A stretch of 63,999 bases of DNA, the filler included, from an uncultured bacterium (GTDB taxonomy: Bacteria; CAYJOG01): the NCBI GenBank assembly GCA_964371695.1. It is 20 parts of 20 records of this genome, joined end to end, with 100 filler letters (N's around TTAATTAATTAA, not from the genome) between each part and the next. Parts side by side here need not be neighbours in the genome. Positions count along the whole stretch, not along the records: positions 61,323 to 63,999 come from CAYJOG010000477.1; 19 more parts are not named here. The stretch is one strand, 5' to 3'. Every line of letters starts with the position of its first letter. The first letter of the stretch is position 1. The notes below the pieces were generated by a model. It was not told the origin of the DNA, made no database searches, and saw only the letters and a list, made by a program, of their open reading frames with translations. Of the stretch, positions 63,853-63,999 are shown piece after piece. A program made the position numbers and the translations under genes.

Positions 63853-63999
63853 CTACACAAACACAACATTCTCCCGACCGTCGCCCAGCACCACCGGCAT
63901 GTCCTTGATGCTGATGCCCAGTGCGGTGGCCTGTTCGCGGCTCAGGCCCACGGCGCTGGCGGCGGCGCTGCACGCCACCAGCGTCACGGTGTCCAGCTC
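63853..63999 (-). CDS. Possible DsrE/DrsE-family protein C-terminus (truncated by window end)
   Basis: Open frame ELDTVTLVACSAAASAVGL...NVVFV-TAG resembling the DsrE-like C-terminal pattern. Confidence 0.45.
   Translation of the reverse strand, partial: ELDTVTLVACSAAASAVGLSREQATALGISIKDMPVVLGDGRENVVFV

Overview
This window is not contiguous DNA. It is 20 short contigs (about 3.1-3.2 kb, ordered by decreasing length) joined by 19 artificial 100-nt spacers (N44-TTAATTAATTAA-N44), which is typical of a fragmented draft or metagenome-assembled genome. Gene neighbourhood is therefore only meaningful within a contig. The source is a GC-rich, LPS-producing (kdsC, lptC, OstA-like), flagellated and chemotactic (cheA/X/B, PilZ brake, flhG-like) bacterium. 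Recognisable genes include pstS/pstC, eno, gltA, pyrG, ispD, mutY, cca, parB, dnaN and clpA, two radical SAM enzymes, two hemerythrins, a Ycf46-like AAA ATPase, a GH92 fragment, ComFB, a TolC-family protein and a chlorite-dismutase-family protein. I saw no rRNA, tRNA, CRISPR array, transposase or prophage gene. The two strongest signals are non-coding. First, there is a dense set of intergenic palindromic and MITE-like repeats; one family conserves a multi-hairpin fold by compensatory changes while carrying different terminal inverted repeats, and some element ends overlap stop codons. Second, about 17 genes have a TAnnnT -10 box 6-7 nt before the start codon and no Shine-Dalgarno, pointing to pervasive leaderless transcription. 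Product calls come from motif recognition only; no database searches were run.
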